A stretch of 59,883 nucleotides of DNA, filler included, from Jimgerdemannia flammicorona (taxonomy: Eukaryota), in the NCBI GenBank assembly GCA_003990765.1. It is 3 parts of 3 records of this genome, joined end to end, with 100 filler letters (N's around TTAATTAATTAA, not from the genome) between each part and the next. Parts side by side here need not be neighbours in the genome. Positions count along the whole stretch, not along the records: positions 20,011 to 39,897 come from RBNJ01001811.1; positions 39,998 to 59,883 come from RBNJ01001812.1; 1 more part is not named here. The stretch is one strand, 5' to 3'. Each line of letters begins with the position of its first letter. Position 1 is the first letter of the stretch. Below, piece by piece: positions 36,547 to 48,499 of this stretch. A model generated the notes under the pieces. That model made no database searches. It was not told where the DNA came from and saw only the letters and a program-made list of their open reading frames with translations. Both the position numbers and the translations under genes were made by a program.

Positions 36547-37741
36547 ATTTTTTTTTTTTTGTTTTTTTTTTTTTTAATGGACTCATGTCTCACGGATTTT
36601 TATTGGAAGGGAACCTAGACTATATAGGCCAAAACCCTCCCCCACCACCCACCAAGCACTGCTCCCCCATTAACCTAGGCTAGCTATTATCTAGCAGCTC
36701 GACCATGCCAGACACAGTAGGGCCAATAGGCCCATATCTCATTCTGCATACCATGCTCTCCCTATTACCGGGAGAAATCCAACCATATATCAATGACCAA
36801 AAGTGCATGCCCAAGAACCCAACATATATACAAGGCCACACCCAAGCTGAATAGAATAGCCCCTGTCACCCCAAAGAGAATGACAGGCAAAGAAAAAACC
36901 CTCATCAAAGCACAACATAGTGGGTAGGGCCAGGTTCTCCCAGTCGAGATAAGTAAAGGACTTACATGTAAGGTGGGAGAAAACCCCCAATACTCCACTA
37001 CTCAAGCCTGTGGGCCTCGATTATGTTGCCATATCAGCTCTCAGTTCTAGTTGAGTATAGCCAAGATGCCTGAAATGGGTAGCCTCAGGCCTCCCGACCC
37101 CCTCTAACAACTGGGGCCCAACCCTGCTGACTGTCAAAAGAAGCCAATAGTGATACCTACCACCTAACTGCACTGCACCAATCAAAAGGCCCCACCAAAG
37201 CAGCACCTGCCCCAGCCCCAATGACTGCCCCCAGCCTGGCACTCTACTGATTCACTGTTATCACTCTTCCTCCTATCTGTGATGGCTATCTCCTCTCCCA
37301 TCCCAACAACATCCGAAAAACAGTCACCTATACCAGAACTGTACTCGCCAGGAAGCTTGCCAAAGCCAGAGGGCCCCACCATAAACACTAAGGACCTGCA
37401 GGTAACCTACACTAAGCACTTGATGCCCAAGGTCAGCTGACTCCCTATGTAGCCCGAGATATACCGAGACAACTCCTTGTTGGTAATGGCAAAAGGAAGA
37501 AGGTGCCGCACCAAAATGGGTATATCTCAGACACAGCCAAAGGTACCAGAATCCATAAAAAAGTGGAGGAAGCACTGATCTGACACCAATAAAGGAACAA
37601 CTCATCACCATTGCCCTCCTCTCACTATGTCTCTGCAGATACAGCAAACCAACCCAAGGTAAAGGGGGTAATAATAGGAGAAAGGGGACTTGAAAGGTTG
37701 CCTACTAAACCTTGTGACCAGTAAGATAGTGGAGAAAGGAG
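36512..37741 (-). mobile_element. 1.2-kb non-autonomous poly(A) retroelement (SINE-like), copy 1
   Basis: Poly(T) at about 36512-36575. Decayed 16-bp TSD: CATATAGATGGCTTGA (36496-36511) versus TGTGTAGATAGCTTGA (37743-37758). Confidence 0.85.
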
Positions 37742-37759
37742 CTGTGTAGATAGCTTGAG

Positions 37760-38220
37760 ATTAGTTTCAATAATATCAGCTTTCTTGAGTTCAGATGAAG
37801 TATCTATTACTCTTCAATAGAGGTGATACAAATAGATCAAACAGAGTTATTTAAATACATTTTACTTCTGCTAAGTAATGAGGTCTTGTATAGTTACAGT
37901 ATATCTTAGTCTTAAATTAATAAGTATAGTTCATGAATTTTTGATAGATGAGATAGAGTTCTTCTTATCTCAGTTTAAGTTTGGTACTTTTAGGTTTCTT
38001 TTATAATAGTACAGTACACCAAACTAGTTATAGAGATTTAGAGTTAGTCTTATAGTTATAGTACTTCTTCTGGTATTCTTGTATCTTGGCAGTAGGTTCT
38101 TATACTTGTTGATGTATTTTATATAACCAGATGATCTCTTTAGTAACTTGTTTTATAGTCTTGCATGTAGTTTCCAAATTAGTTCTGAGGATGATATGCA
38201 ATTTTGGTGGCTTGGAGGTT
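37760..38220 (-). mobile_element. Decayed Gypsy integrase C-terminus (GPY/F module)
   Basis: The minus strand reads KSTKLKLR*EELYLIYQKFMNYTY, a decayed KLxPRWxGPYxI. Confidence 0.55.
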
Positions 38221-38226
38221 GGTACT

Positions 38227-38650
38227 TAGTGCTCCCAACAAATCAAATCAAATCAAATTTGGCCTAAACTCGATTCGATTCAATCGAATCAAGGGTCTAA
38301 TTCGATTCAATTCAAATCGAATCAAAGGTCCAATTTGATTCAAAGTTCAATTCAAACCTTAATTTTCAAAATATAATAACTCAACAAAAACTCATCTAAA
38401 TTTAACATATTTTAGCTTGTTAGATTTACTGTATTAATGTGATTCTAATAAGCTAAAGTACATTAGATTTAGATGAGTTTATGCTGAGTTATTGCATTTT
38501 GAAAATTAGTATTCAAATCAGACCCTCAATTTGATTCGACTTTTGATTCAATTCAAATTGATTTGAATTGAAAAATCCCCAATTTTATTTGACTTGTTTA
38601 ACCCTCAATTCAATTTAATTCGAATTGATTTGACTCATTTGGGAGCACTA
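38227..38650. mobile_element. Fold-back MITE (hAT-like TIR)
   Basis: Perfect 12-bp TIR TAGTGCTCCCAA/TTGGGAGCACTA, subterminal (ATTCG/AATCG)n arrays and an internal inverted repeat of about 60 bp (38363-38422 / 38446-38504). Confidence 0.85.
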
Positions 38651-38724
38651 TGTGTGCTTATAAAGAAGTACTGGATAAAAGTTTTATAGAATAATAGAGT
38701 AGTAGAGAAGCTAAAGATATAATA

Positions 38725-39897
38725 CTCCTTTCTCTGCTATCTTACTGGTTACAAGATTTGGTAGGTGACCTTCTGAGTCCCCTTTCCCCTATTATTACCC
38801 CCTCTATCTTGGGTTGGTTTACTATGCCTGTAGGGGTATGGTGGGAGGAGGGCAATGGTGATGAGTTGCTCCTTTATCAGTATCAGATCAGTGCTTCCTT
38901 CACTTTTTTGCAGATTCTGGTATCTTCAGCTGTATCTGGGGTGTACTCATTTTGGTGTGGCACCTTCTTCCTTTTGCTGTTGCCAACAAGGAGTTGTCTT
39001 GGAGTATCTCAGACTATGTAGGGAGTCGGCCGACCTTGGGTATCAAGTGCTCAGTATAGGTTACCTGTAGGTCCTCAGTACCTATGGTGGGGCTCTCTGA
39101 CTTTGGTGAGCTTCTTGGCAAGCACAGTTCTGACATAGGTGACTGTTTTTCAGATGTTGTTGGGATGGGAGAGGAGATGGCCATCATAGATAGGAGGAAG
39201 GATGATAATGGTGAACCAGTAGGGTGCCAGACTGGGGGCAGTTATCAGAGCTGAGGCAGGTGCTACTTTGGTGGGGTCTTTTGATTGGTGTGGTATGGTT
39301 AGATAGTAGGTATCACTCTCGGCTTCTTTTGGTGGTCAGTGGGGTTGGGCCCCAGTCATCAGATGGGTTGGGGGGCCCAAGGCTACCCATTTCAGGTGTC
39401 TTGGCTGCACTCAACTGGAACTGAGAGCTGACATAGTAATGTGATTGAGGCCTATAGGCTTGAGTAGTGGAGTATTGGAGATTTTCTCCCACCTCATGTG
39501 TAAGTTCTTTACTCACCTCGACTGGGAGAACCAGGCCCTACCCACTGTGTTGTGCTTTGATGAGAGTTTTTCTTTGTCTATTATTCTCTTTGGAGTGATA
39601 GGAGCTATTCTATTCAGCTTGAGCATGGCCTTGTACATATGTTGGGTTATCAGGCATGCACTTTCGATCATTGGCATATGGTTGGGTTTCCCTTGATGGT
39701 AGGGAGAGCGTGGTATACAGAATGAGGTGTGGGCCAACATAGGCCCTGCTATGCCTGGCATGGTCAAGCTGCTAGATAATAGCTAGCCTAGGTTAATAGG
39801 GGGGCAATGCTTGGTGGGTGGTGGGGGAGGGTTTTGGCCTATATAGTCTAGGTTTTCTTCTAATAAAAATCCATGGGACATAAGTCTGTTAAAAAAA
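38725..39897 (+). mobile_element. 1.2-kb SINE-like element, copy 2
   Basis: Reverse complement of copy 1 with the same 5' start CTCCTTTCTC. The A-tail runs into the gap. Confidence 0.85.
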
Positions 39898-39997
39898 NNN
39901 NNNNNNNNNNNNNNNNNNNNNNNNNNNNNNNNNNNNNNNNNTTAATTAATTAANNNNNNNNNNNNNNNNNNNNNNNNNNNNNNNNNNNNNNNNNNNN
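39898..39997. other. Artificial contig linker
   Basis: 44 N + TTAATTAATTAA + 44 N. Confidence 0.97.
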
Positions 39998-41095
39998 AAA
40001 AGAGAAGAATAAAGAAGACTTCTATAAGACCTTCTTAATCTTAACTTGCAGGGTGTAGAGTAAGAAGTTTGGTAGAATTTTACCTATTTACTGGTTTAAT
40101 TAGAGTACTTCTTTTTTTGTCCCACTTATTGCAGGTATAGAGGTTAAATTGTCCTTATACATCAGGTTCAATTCTCTCCAGATTGTCAGATGGTTCAGAA
40201 TAAATTCCAGTTCAGAGGTTGGGCTTTATACCAACTTATAGGAATCCTCAGAGGGTTTTGTAGTAGAGTGAGGAAGTATCTTGAAGTAGAATTGGATTGT
40301 AAACTATTACTATCAAGTTATAAGAGGGTTACTTATTAGGATAACTGTTATATAGTTCTGAAAGAGTTTTCTGGAAGTTCTGAATATTCTGGAAGACTGT
40401 TTTCTTAAGGTTAAGATCAATTTCATATGGAGTATATCCTCTATGCTTATTAATTTCAAAATTGGATTGATGTCTCAACCAAAGTCCTTTTTCAGACTAG
40501 TTTTGGATGTTCAGGATTTTCCATATTTCAAGAAGTTCAAGAAACTAAGATCAGCTTAGTTGAATCAGTATATCACTGCAGACAATACCCAATTAGGAGA
40601 TTTTGTGACAGGGTTAGGAGTAAGACCTAATAGAGAGTAGATTTACTTAAGAGTGGTTTATGGGTTATTAAATAGGTTTATTTGCTATTTTTTGATATTA
40701 CTATACTAGAAGTAGTTTATATGAAGAGATTTTATGAGAAAGTGCTCAGAAGTTGTATTTGGATTATTTAAGTCTGAGATTCTGAGGTCTGAAAAAGGAG
40801 ATATTTATACTAGTGAGGGGTTATCTGGGCTATACTAAATATGAATATAGTACTTAGTACTTTGCTGAGTCAGAATACAGTCATATAGTACAAGTGTGAT
40901 CTGATATGTCAAGAGATCATCTGACTATTGAGTCAGTTGACAGTTATTTTTTTTTTTTGTTTCATGTCAGTTGACAGTTATGTCATATGTACAAGGCTAA
41001 TTTAACTATACTATAACTACTAAGCTGTCTATAGGTTTAGATGCTATCTGAGTAGTCTTCAATGACATCACCATTGATAACATCATCTTTGATGA
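39998..41095. repeat. Dispersed unclassified repeat, copy 2
   Basis: Aligns to 24510-25625. Confidence 0.85.
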
Positions 41096-42204
41096 AGTAG
41101 TCATCTATAAAGAGTACTTCTCAGATTACTTCTCCTTGTTTACTTATGTAGTAATATATTGGAACCTTGTTACCATCCCATAGGATAGCATTATCTATCT
41201 CATATACTAGATATGGAGTTGCTGGGTGAAGGAGGGATATATCATCTTTACTTTCATCAGATTCACTATCTGCATATCTTTTATAAGTTATAGCACTATG
41301 AGTTGCTAGATTATAGTAAGCTGGTAGCTATAGTTCATATTGCTTATACTCAGATGACAGAGTTGTTGGTTTGCTCTCAAGGATTATCTGGAGGTACAGA
41401 TTGTATTCCCTAGTCTCTTCATTATAGTTGAAATAATCAGGAGTGAATACAGATTAGTACTCATGCTAGTGGTCATTATTCTAATAAGTCTCATAGGTAG
41501 TTATGAACTATTATAAGTTTATTGGCAAGATTGGCAGAGTGATCAGGGTTGGTAGAGATCCTTGGCTAGAGGTTATGTTGGTATCAGAGGGATTGTTATC
41601 TTCTGCTTTATCTTAGTCAAACTGAATTATATCATAGACATTCTTCATAGTATATCCAACTTGAGGCATTTGCAGAATATAGTCATCAGGGTGCAGGAAG
41701 GTTCTGTCCATACTCAATATACTTGTGGTTGAGTTCTTGTATCATATTGTCAATTTGTCCATAGGACAGAGTAGCAACCATTTTGATGGTAGTAACTCAG
41801 AGGCAGGGAATAATAGTACTATACTCATAAAAGAGTTCTCAATATTTGCAAGTAATGAGTTTCTACATTGAGACATCTGGGTAATGTCTGTATCATGATA
41901 GTGCTTGACCATGTCTTCTAGGAGACAGCCAATCTGGTAGTAGCTTGAGATTTGTCCAATTCAGTGAGCCTCACTAAGTATGTTCAGGGCATTCTATTGA
42001 GCTCCCACAAAGTAAAGGGGTACTAAGCTATGGATATTCATGAGAGGCAGAGGGGGTGTGGCTCAGTTGACAATATCATTCCAAATATCAGCACAGATAT
42101 AGTTGTAGATCTCAGCAGTCATATTTGTATATATATTTAGAAGTTGGAATTGTTTGTTTAGTTTGTTATAGTTCTTTATTTTGATGCATCTCAGTGCTCA
42201 GTAT

Positions 42205-43501
42205 TGTAACATACTGGCTCAATGGAGGCAAATTACAAGGTTGGGGGTTGATGTAGTTTGGCTTGAGCCCCCAGTTACTTTGTCAAAAAAGCAACAAAAT
42301 GTTCTAAGATTCCTGAGGTCCTTGGTGTTTAGTGATATAATAGCCACAGCTGGATATCTATGAGTGATTTCCTTATTGAGACTGTTCTCTGGATGTAGCA
42401 GCGATTTATATGAATGGGTTTCCTTCTTGGGTCAACTAGGAATAGCAGAATTTCATATAGTGAGGCAATCTCCAAAAGTATACAATTTCTGACATGATGA
42501 TCTTTTATACAGCATAACAATCTCCTTATACATGATAGTCTGGCAATTTATTGGTTTCCTTCTTTGGCAGTGGTGATCTCAAAAGTATGTGATTTCTGAG
42601 TGATAGCAGATAACTTGATTTGGGTGTAGGTTTACTGGGAATTGTACTAGTGGTGGAGAACTTGATAACTCGAGCTCACTGGGAAAGTGTGGTGCAGTTT
42701 CTCCTATACTGGGCTCACTGGGAATGATGAATAACTTGGATGTCATGGTTTTGGCTTCAACTGGAAATACTACTCGAATGGCATGGGTTCTTCTGAGAAT
42801 GTGGATAACTTGAAAATGGCGGATGATGCGGATTCTTCCTGAATTGGCAGACTTCTTAAAAATGGCAGCTTAACTGAGAATTAACTTGGATTCTTAGCAA
42901 GTTGCATCAAGACTGGCTTTGTTTGCACAGAGTTACATTGATAGACTGACTCTACTGTAAAGTTGTATCAGAAACTGGCTTGTGCAAGGTGGCTTTCTCT
43001 TAGGTGGTAGAAATCTTCAGGCTTATCTGACAAGCAAATCAATAATTCCAAAGGTGGTGAAGTTCTTCCTTGAACTTGGTGGCAAAATCAGCTTTGTATC
43101 AGAAAGTGGACTGGAGTGAGAATAAGGGGACCAATTGCTCAATCTTTAGAGGCTTCTTTGGTTTGCACTTCAATTCAGACTGAGGTTTATTCACTCTTAT
43201 CTCTGGGGTAATTTATACAAGTTGATTGCTATCTAGTTACTATGTAGCTAACTATAGATCTGCTACTTATGGTAAGTGTACAGAGTCTGTATGGTGTACA
43301 GGACCTGTACAGTGTACAGAGTCTATATAGTGTACAGAGTCTGTACAGATAAATAGACCCTTTCTAATATGTCTGGCTATTTATACAGTTTTTCTGCAGT
43401 AATAGTTGCTGTTACTATGCTGTGTATTTACATCATCTTGCCTAATTGTTCATGTCATCTGGTTAAGATATAATTCGGGTAGTATATTTTGGTTTGTCAC
43501 A
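42205..43501 (-). repeat. 3' LTR (1297 bp)
   Basis: TGTAAC...GTCACA, colinear with 50022-51318. Confidence 0.95.
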
Positions 43502-44509
43502 TCAGCCCCCACTGAAGGGTAGTCTGTTCCAGACTATTCTTCAGTCATTATCCCAATAAGTATAGGCTGCTTCTACATCTATACCTGTTCCATCATCTTC
43601 ATTATCTGTACTGGGGTTACTCTATTCTATGGGCTCTTCTTCTTCTTCAGGGAATAGAATTTCAACAGAGTTGATGATGCTCAAATAGATAATAGGGTTC
43701 ATTCCTTGAATATAATTCAGGGAGAATTGTGCCTGTGTCAGGGCTGTGACATTTCATTTGTAAATGGTGTATAGTCTGTCTGTAGCAGTAGTGTCTCTTC
43801 CGGTCAGACCTGTGGTATTCCTGATGTAGGTCTGTTCTGGGGCTAGGAGGTTCTACAATTGTTCACCGATTGTATAATAGGCCTGCAGTTGGTGGACTTG
43901 TAGTAGATGTCTAGCCAGGGTGAGATTTTCTTGATGAGCTTGGATCCTTTGAAGGGGGCTTCCATTGACTTGGCTGAATTGGGGTAGAGGGACTGGTAGG
44001 GCTTGGAAGGAGCTGAGGACCAATGTCTGGAGGTGCTGATCAATCCTTTGGCTCATGGTGTAGAGAGGAAATATAGTTTGAGGTGATTGATATATACTGG
44101 TGTTCTCAGGGTTCATCTATCCATACTTCTTAAATAGATACTGGTTCCTCTGATGTTGTGTACAAGATAAGGTCCTTCCCATTTCAGTTCTAGTTTGGTG
44201 GCAAAGTTTGTCTCAATCATGTTTCTCCAAACTAGGACTTGATCTCCAATCTTGATCTCCTGATCCTTCTATTTTTTGTTATAGTACTTCTTTTGTCTTT
44301 CCTGGGCTTTGATAATCTGTCCTTGGGCTTGATTATGTAACTGTTCTACCTTCTTGAGGAGGTCTCTGAGATTCTTATGGTCAGTAGTTCTGGTTCTCTT
44401 GGCAAACATCATTTCGAATGGCTTTTGTTTGGTGGATGCAGCAGGGGTGTTCCGAATTTCTCAGGTAAGCAGAGGTCCCAATTAGTAGGATTGACTCGGG
44501 CAAATCCTT

Positions 44510-45300
44510 TCTTGAGAAGGATCTGGATTGGGGCAGTAATTTGAGCAAAGTTCTTGATAAACCTTCTGTAGTAGGATACTAGCATCAGAAATGATAGTAT
44601 CTCCTTTGGGGTTTTGGGTACTGGCCAATTGTTGATCTTCTCAGTTTTCTTGGGGTCTGTATGGGTTCCTTCTTTCAAAACTATGAATCCGAGGAATTCA
44701 AGTTTCTGTTTTCCAAAGTAACATTTCTTTGCATTCAGTCTCAAGTAGTTCTTGCAGGTGAGTTTGAAGAATTCCTCTAGGTGGTACAGGTGTTCTTCAA
44801 AGTTTGCTAAGTAGATGTTGGAATAATCTATGTATACAATCAGGCAGTGGTGGATCAAGGGGGCATAGACTGAATTCATCATCCTCTGGAAGGTGGGGGG
44901 TGCATTGCAAAGTCCAAAGGGTATTCAGAGGTATTCAAACAGTTTTTCTAGAACAAGGAAGGCTGTCTTTTGAATGTCTTTGGGGTCCATGAGAATCTCA
45001 TGGAATCCTGTGAAGAGGTCCATACTGCTGAAGTATCTGGTATCTTGTAACTGGTCCAAAAGGTCATCAATTCTGGGCAAAGGATAGGCATTCTTTTTGG
45101 TGACTGAATTGAGTTTTCTGTAATCCACACAGAGTCTCCATCCTCCTTTCTTTAGTACAATAAGTATAGGGCTGGCCCAAGGGCTGGTAGAGGGTCAGAT
45201 AACTCCATTGTCTAAGAGTTCTTGGATGTGCTCTTTTTTGAATGTTTTCAAGTAATGGGGTATTCTATAGGGTTTCTGCCAGATGGGTGTTGCACTTTCT
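44510..45300 (-). pseudogene. Gypsy reverse transcriptase
   Basis: QKPYRIP, SPWASP, LCVDYRKLN, YPLPRIDDLL and IVYIDY (YxDD mutated), with in-frame stops. Confidence 0.92.
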
Positions 45301-45852
45301 GTATTTATGCTGTGGTGATATAATGGGTTGTATGGCAGGTTGTCATAATTGGTGGTGAAGATATCTTGATATTTATTGAGAAGTTCTACTAATTGTTGCT
45401 GTTGTTGAGGTGTCAATTCTTCTTCAATATTGGTGGAAGGCTTCACTGTCTCCTGGGTCACAGAGGGGCCTTTCCTTTCTTCTGGGACCTTTTGCCATTT
45501 TCTGATAGGTTTAGTTCATAAACTTCCCTATGAGTTCAGTTGAGAAAAGGTACCAGATGTCCTATGATGGTTCCTTTTGGCAGGATGATGGTCTCCCAAC
45601 TTTGGTTGGTTGCTCAGGAGTGTACTGGGTTCATCTTGTCAGGGAATGTGTGTCCCTCTATGTCTAGGTGTAGGATATCTTCCTTAGGTTCGAAGAAAAG
45701 GTTTCTGGAGTCAGGTGGTGCAAAGATTTCAAAGGTAGTTTGTTCTCCAGGCTCCAGGATGAGATTCTTGTACAGTCTGACTAATTGCTGGTATACTTGC
45801 TGAGGAACATTCCTCTTGAGGTGGTTGACTTGAAGGAGATGTACCTCCTTCC

Positions 45853-46215
45853 TGTCTGAACTTCCAAATCTCTTGGCTTGTCTTGTTCCTTCAGTTAGTT
45901 CAGAGACTTTCTGTAACTGTGGGGTCTTGACCTTCATGAAGACTGCTTGGGCAATCTTCTGTCCTCTAATGATTCAGTGCTATTCTGCACTGCTGTTGTA
46001 TAGGATAACCTTGATTTCACCTGTATATCCAGAGTCAATGGTTCCTCCTTCTACAGTTATCTCTTGTCTAGCAAGTCCAGACCTTGAGGTCAGTTGAATA
46101 TAAGCTCCTTGGGGTAGCTGTATGGCTAATCTGGTTCTGACTATGAAGGTTTTTCCAGGCTTGATAGATTCATCCTCCAGGCTGTGAAGATCATATCCTA
46201 TATCCTCTAGGTGGG
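45853..46215 (-). pseudogene. dUTPase domain between protease and RT
   Basis: All five motifs: IGYDL, SRSGLA, GGTIDSGYTGEIKVILYN, GQKIAQ, RQAKRFGSS; two stops. Confidence 0.92.
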
Positions 46216-47559
46216 CTTTGGTCAGGGGTTTGGCCTTGGGGTGCAGCAGGGCATACTGGGCAATATCCTTGCTGAGTTTGGGCTTTTCTAAGGCTGAAGC
46301 TCCACTAGCAGAAAGCCTCCAAGCTCTAAGATTGAGGTGTGGCCATCTGGCTCCAGTAGAGGGGTCTTGGAGGTAGTTGATTTCCCTTCTTCCTGTAAGG
46401 TCAAGGGCTTCTATGAAGTTGGTGGTATCTTCCACCCATCCTTGGTGGGTTGCATGTCTGATGAGAACTAGGATGTCTTCTCCCAAATCATAAATCTTGA
46501 GGATTCTTTTTCCAGGCTTCTTGGTCTGACTTTTTCGAATCTGGCTTTTTCAGATCTGGCTTCAGTTATCTCCTTTCTTCAAAGTGTGCACTACAATATC
46601 ATGACTGAGGTGAATCTTCTGATGTCTGCAGTCTTGGCAGTCAGGGTATCTTCCATAGTTGCAATATCCCATTGCTCAAAAATGGTGTTCCCGGCTATTG
46701 ATCTCTTGTTGTCTTGGGAATCAGTATCCATCTTGGTCATAGGTGGGTGGAAGAGTAGATAAGGGATATATTTCTGTTCAGGTAAAGAAGCCTTGTCCTC
46801 TAAATCGACTTTGTAATCTTGTAGTAACTTCTTGAAAAGTGGTTGACTGTGCAAGTATAGTGGGAGGTTCTGGTCTCTGGGGTCTCTGTCTTTCTTGTTA
46901 GTCCAACAGATGACATTGATAGCAGTAGTCTCAGGGAGAGTAGAAGATCATTTGGTGTGGACATCTTTCTAGCTGAAAAGCTTTCTCTTGGTGAGTTTCT
47001 TTCTTGGGAATAATGGTGATTATACTGAGTCCTTCTTCTATATTCCAAGGGTCATTGTCTTCAGGTGGTGTCTAGCGAGGGTCATCCCAGAGAATGAGTT
47101 TGGGGACCTCTTCTTCATCAGGTGCTTCTTGTTCAGGAACTTCTTGGTCAGAAGTTTCTTCTTCCTCAGATGATTCTTGACCCCAAATTGCTTGTACTTC
47201 TGCAGCTTTGGTTGCAGGTATTTCTGAAACATGTCAGCATTTCTTCTTCTTCCTTCTGCACTCTAGGCAGGCTATGCCAGGCAATTTCCTTGTTTCCAGG
47301 ATCTTTGAGGAGTGCTCGGGACACTTGTGTCTCTTGAGGCATGTAGGGCATCCTTTGGCTTCTCCTGCAATGGCTCCAATGGTGATAGGGATAGTGTTCT
47401 TGGCCCACACATTATCTTCTGGTCTGTCATCCACCAGGTTAATTTGGAGACTGAGTCTGGGATCATTTCTGTCTTCAGATTCTTCTTCCTCTTCTATAGT
47501 AGACTCCTCACTACTGGCATATTCTTCTTGAATAGTGACCTTCTTCTTCTTCTTTGATT

Positions 47560-47940
47560 GCTCATAGCTGGTCACCTTAACTCTATACTTCTTGCCTCAG
47601 TAGTCAAACTTGAGTACTTGTTGGCTGATATCAACAACTGTATTCATTTCCTTCATCCAGTTGGTACCAAGAATCATGTCATAGGTGATAGCTTTGGTGA
47701 CAATAGCTTTGGGGATAGAGAACTGAATGTGTCTAAGGAAGATGGTGATATTTCGTACTTCTCCAAGGGGTTGAGTTCAGGCTCCATCTGCTACTATGAT
47801 GCTGAGGTTGGATGGTCCATCAATGGGCCATTGGAGGGTGTTCAAAAATCGTTTGGCAATGACACAGATAGCTACTCCTGTGTCTATGAGGATTTTCACT
47901 TTTTGTCCTCCAATATCTCTATATAGGTAGGTGCTGACAT
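47560..47940 (-). pseudogene. Retropepsin-type aspartic protease
   Basis: VKILIDTGVAICVI..IIVADG..ILGTNW. Confidence 0.85.
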
Positions 47941-48499
47941 GTCTTTCAGCTACTTGAACAGGGATAGGAGCTGGTTCTTGCTGTGGGATTGGAACTTGGC
48001 CAGTGCTAGACCTAGTGGTTCTCAGCAATTTGTTTCAGACTCTAGCTGGTGTCAGTTGCAAGAACTATAGGAGAGGGACTTCCATCTTGACTTCTTGAAT
48101 CTTCTGCCAGGCTTCATTGTAAATGTCTCTAGGCATGGTCTTTAGAGTGTACTTCTTCTTAGGCTTTAGAGAAGCAGGTTCCCCATTCTTCTTGTTCCAT
48201 TTCTTCATCTTCTAGTGACAACTCATTTGTCTCGGGGACAAAAGGTGAGGGGGTTCAGGAAGGTGTTTCAACTTGTTCCTCCTCATGTTCTTCATTCTCT
48301 TCTTAGATAATTCTTCTGCTGATATTACTGGATGGTCTTCCTATAGATCTCTTTCTTTTCTCTGCTGGATAGACTGTCTTCTGGGTTGTAACCTTAGTGG
48401 GGTACAAGTCTAGGTCACTGTAGTCTTCACTGTTGCTTGCTTCTTTGAAATCTTCAACAGGATGGGCTTCAGTCTTCTTGTACTGAGTGTCATTCCTTC

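Noticed and set aside
38740..38770. Twister-like GGT(C/T)ACAAG motif at the SINE-like 5' end
   Set aside because: The rest of the twister consensus (AAGCCC, pseudoknot partners) is not present.
36512..39897. One DIRS or fold-back element with 1.2-kb terminal inverted repeats
   Set aside because: The left copy has its own TSD, and the spacer is an unrelated Gypsy relic plus a MITE.
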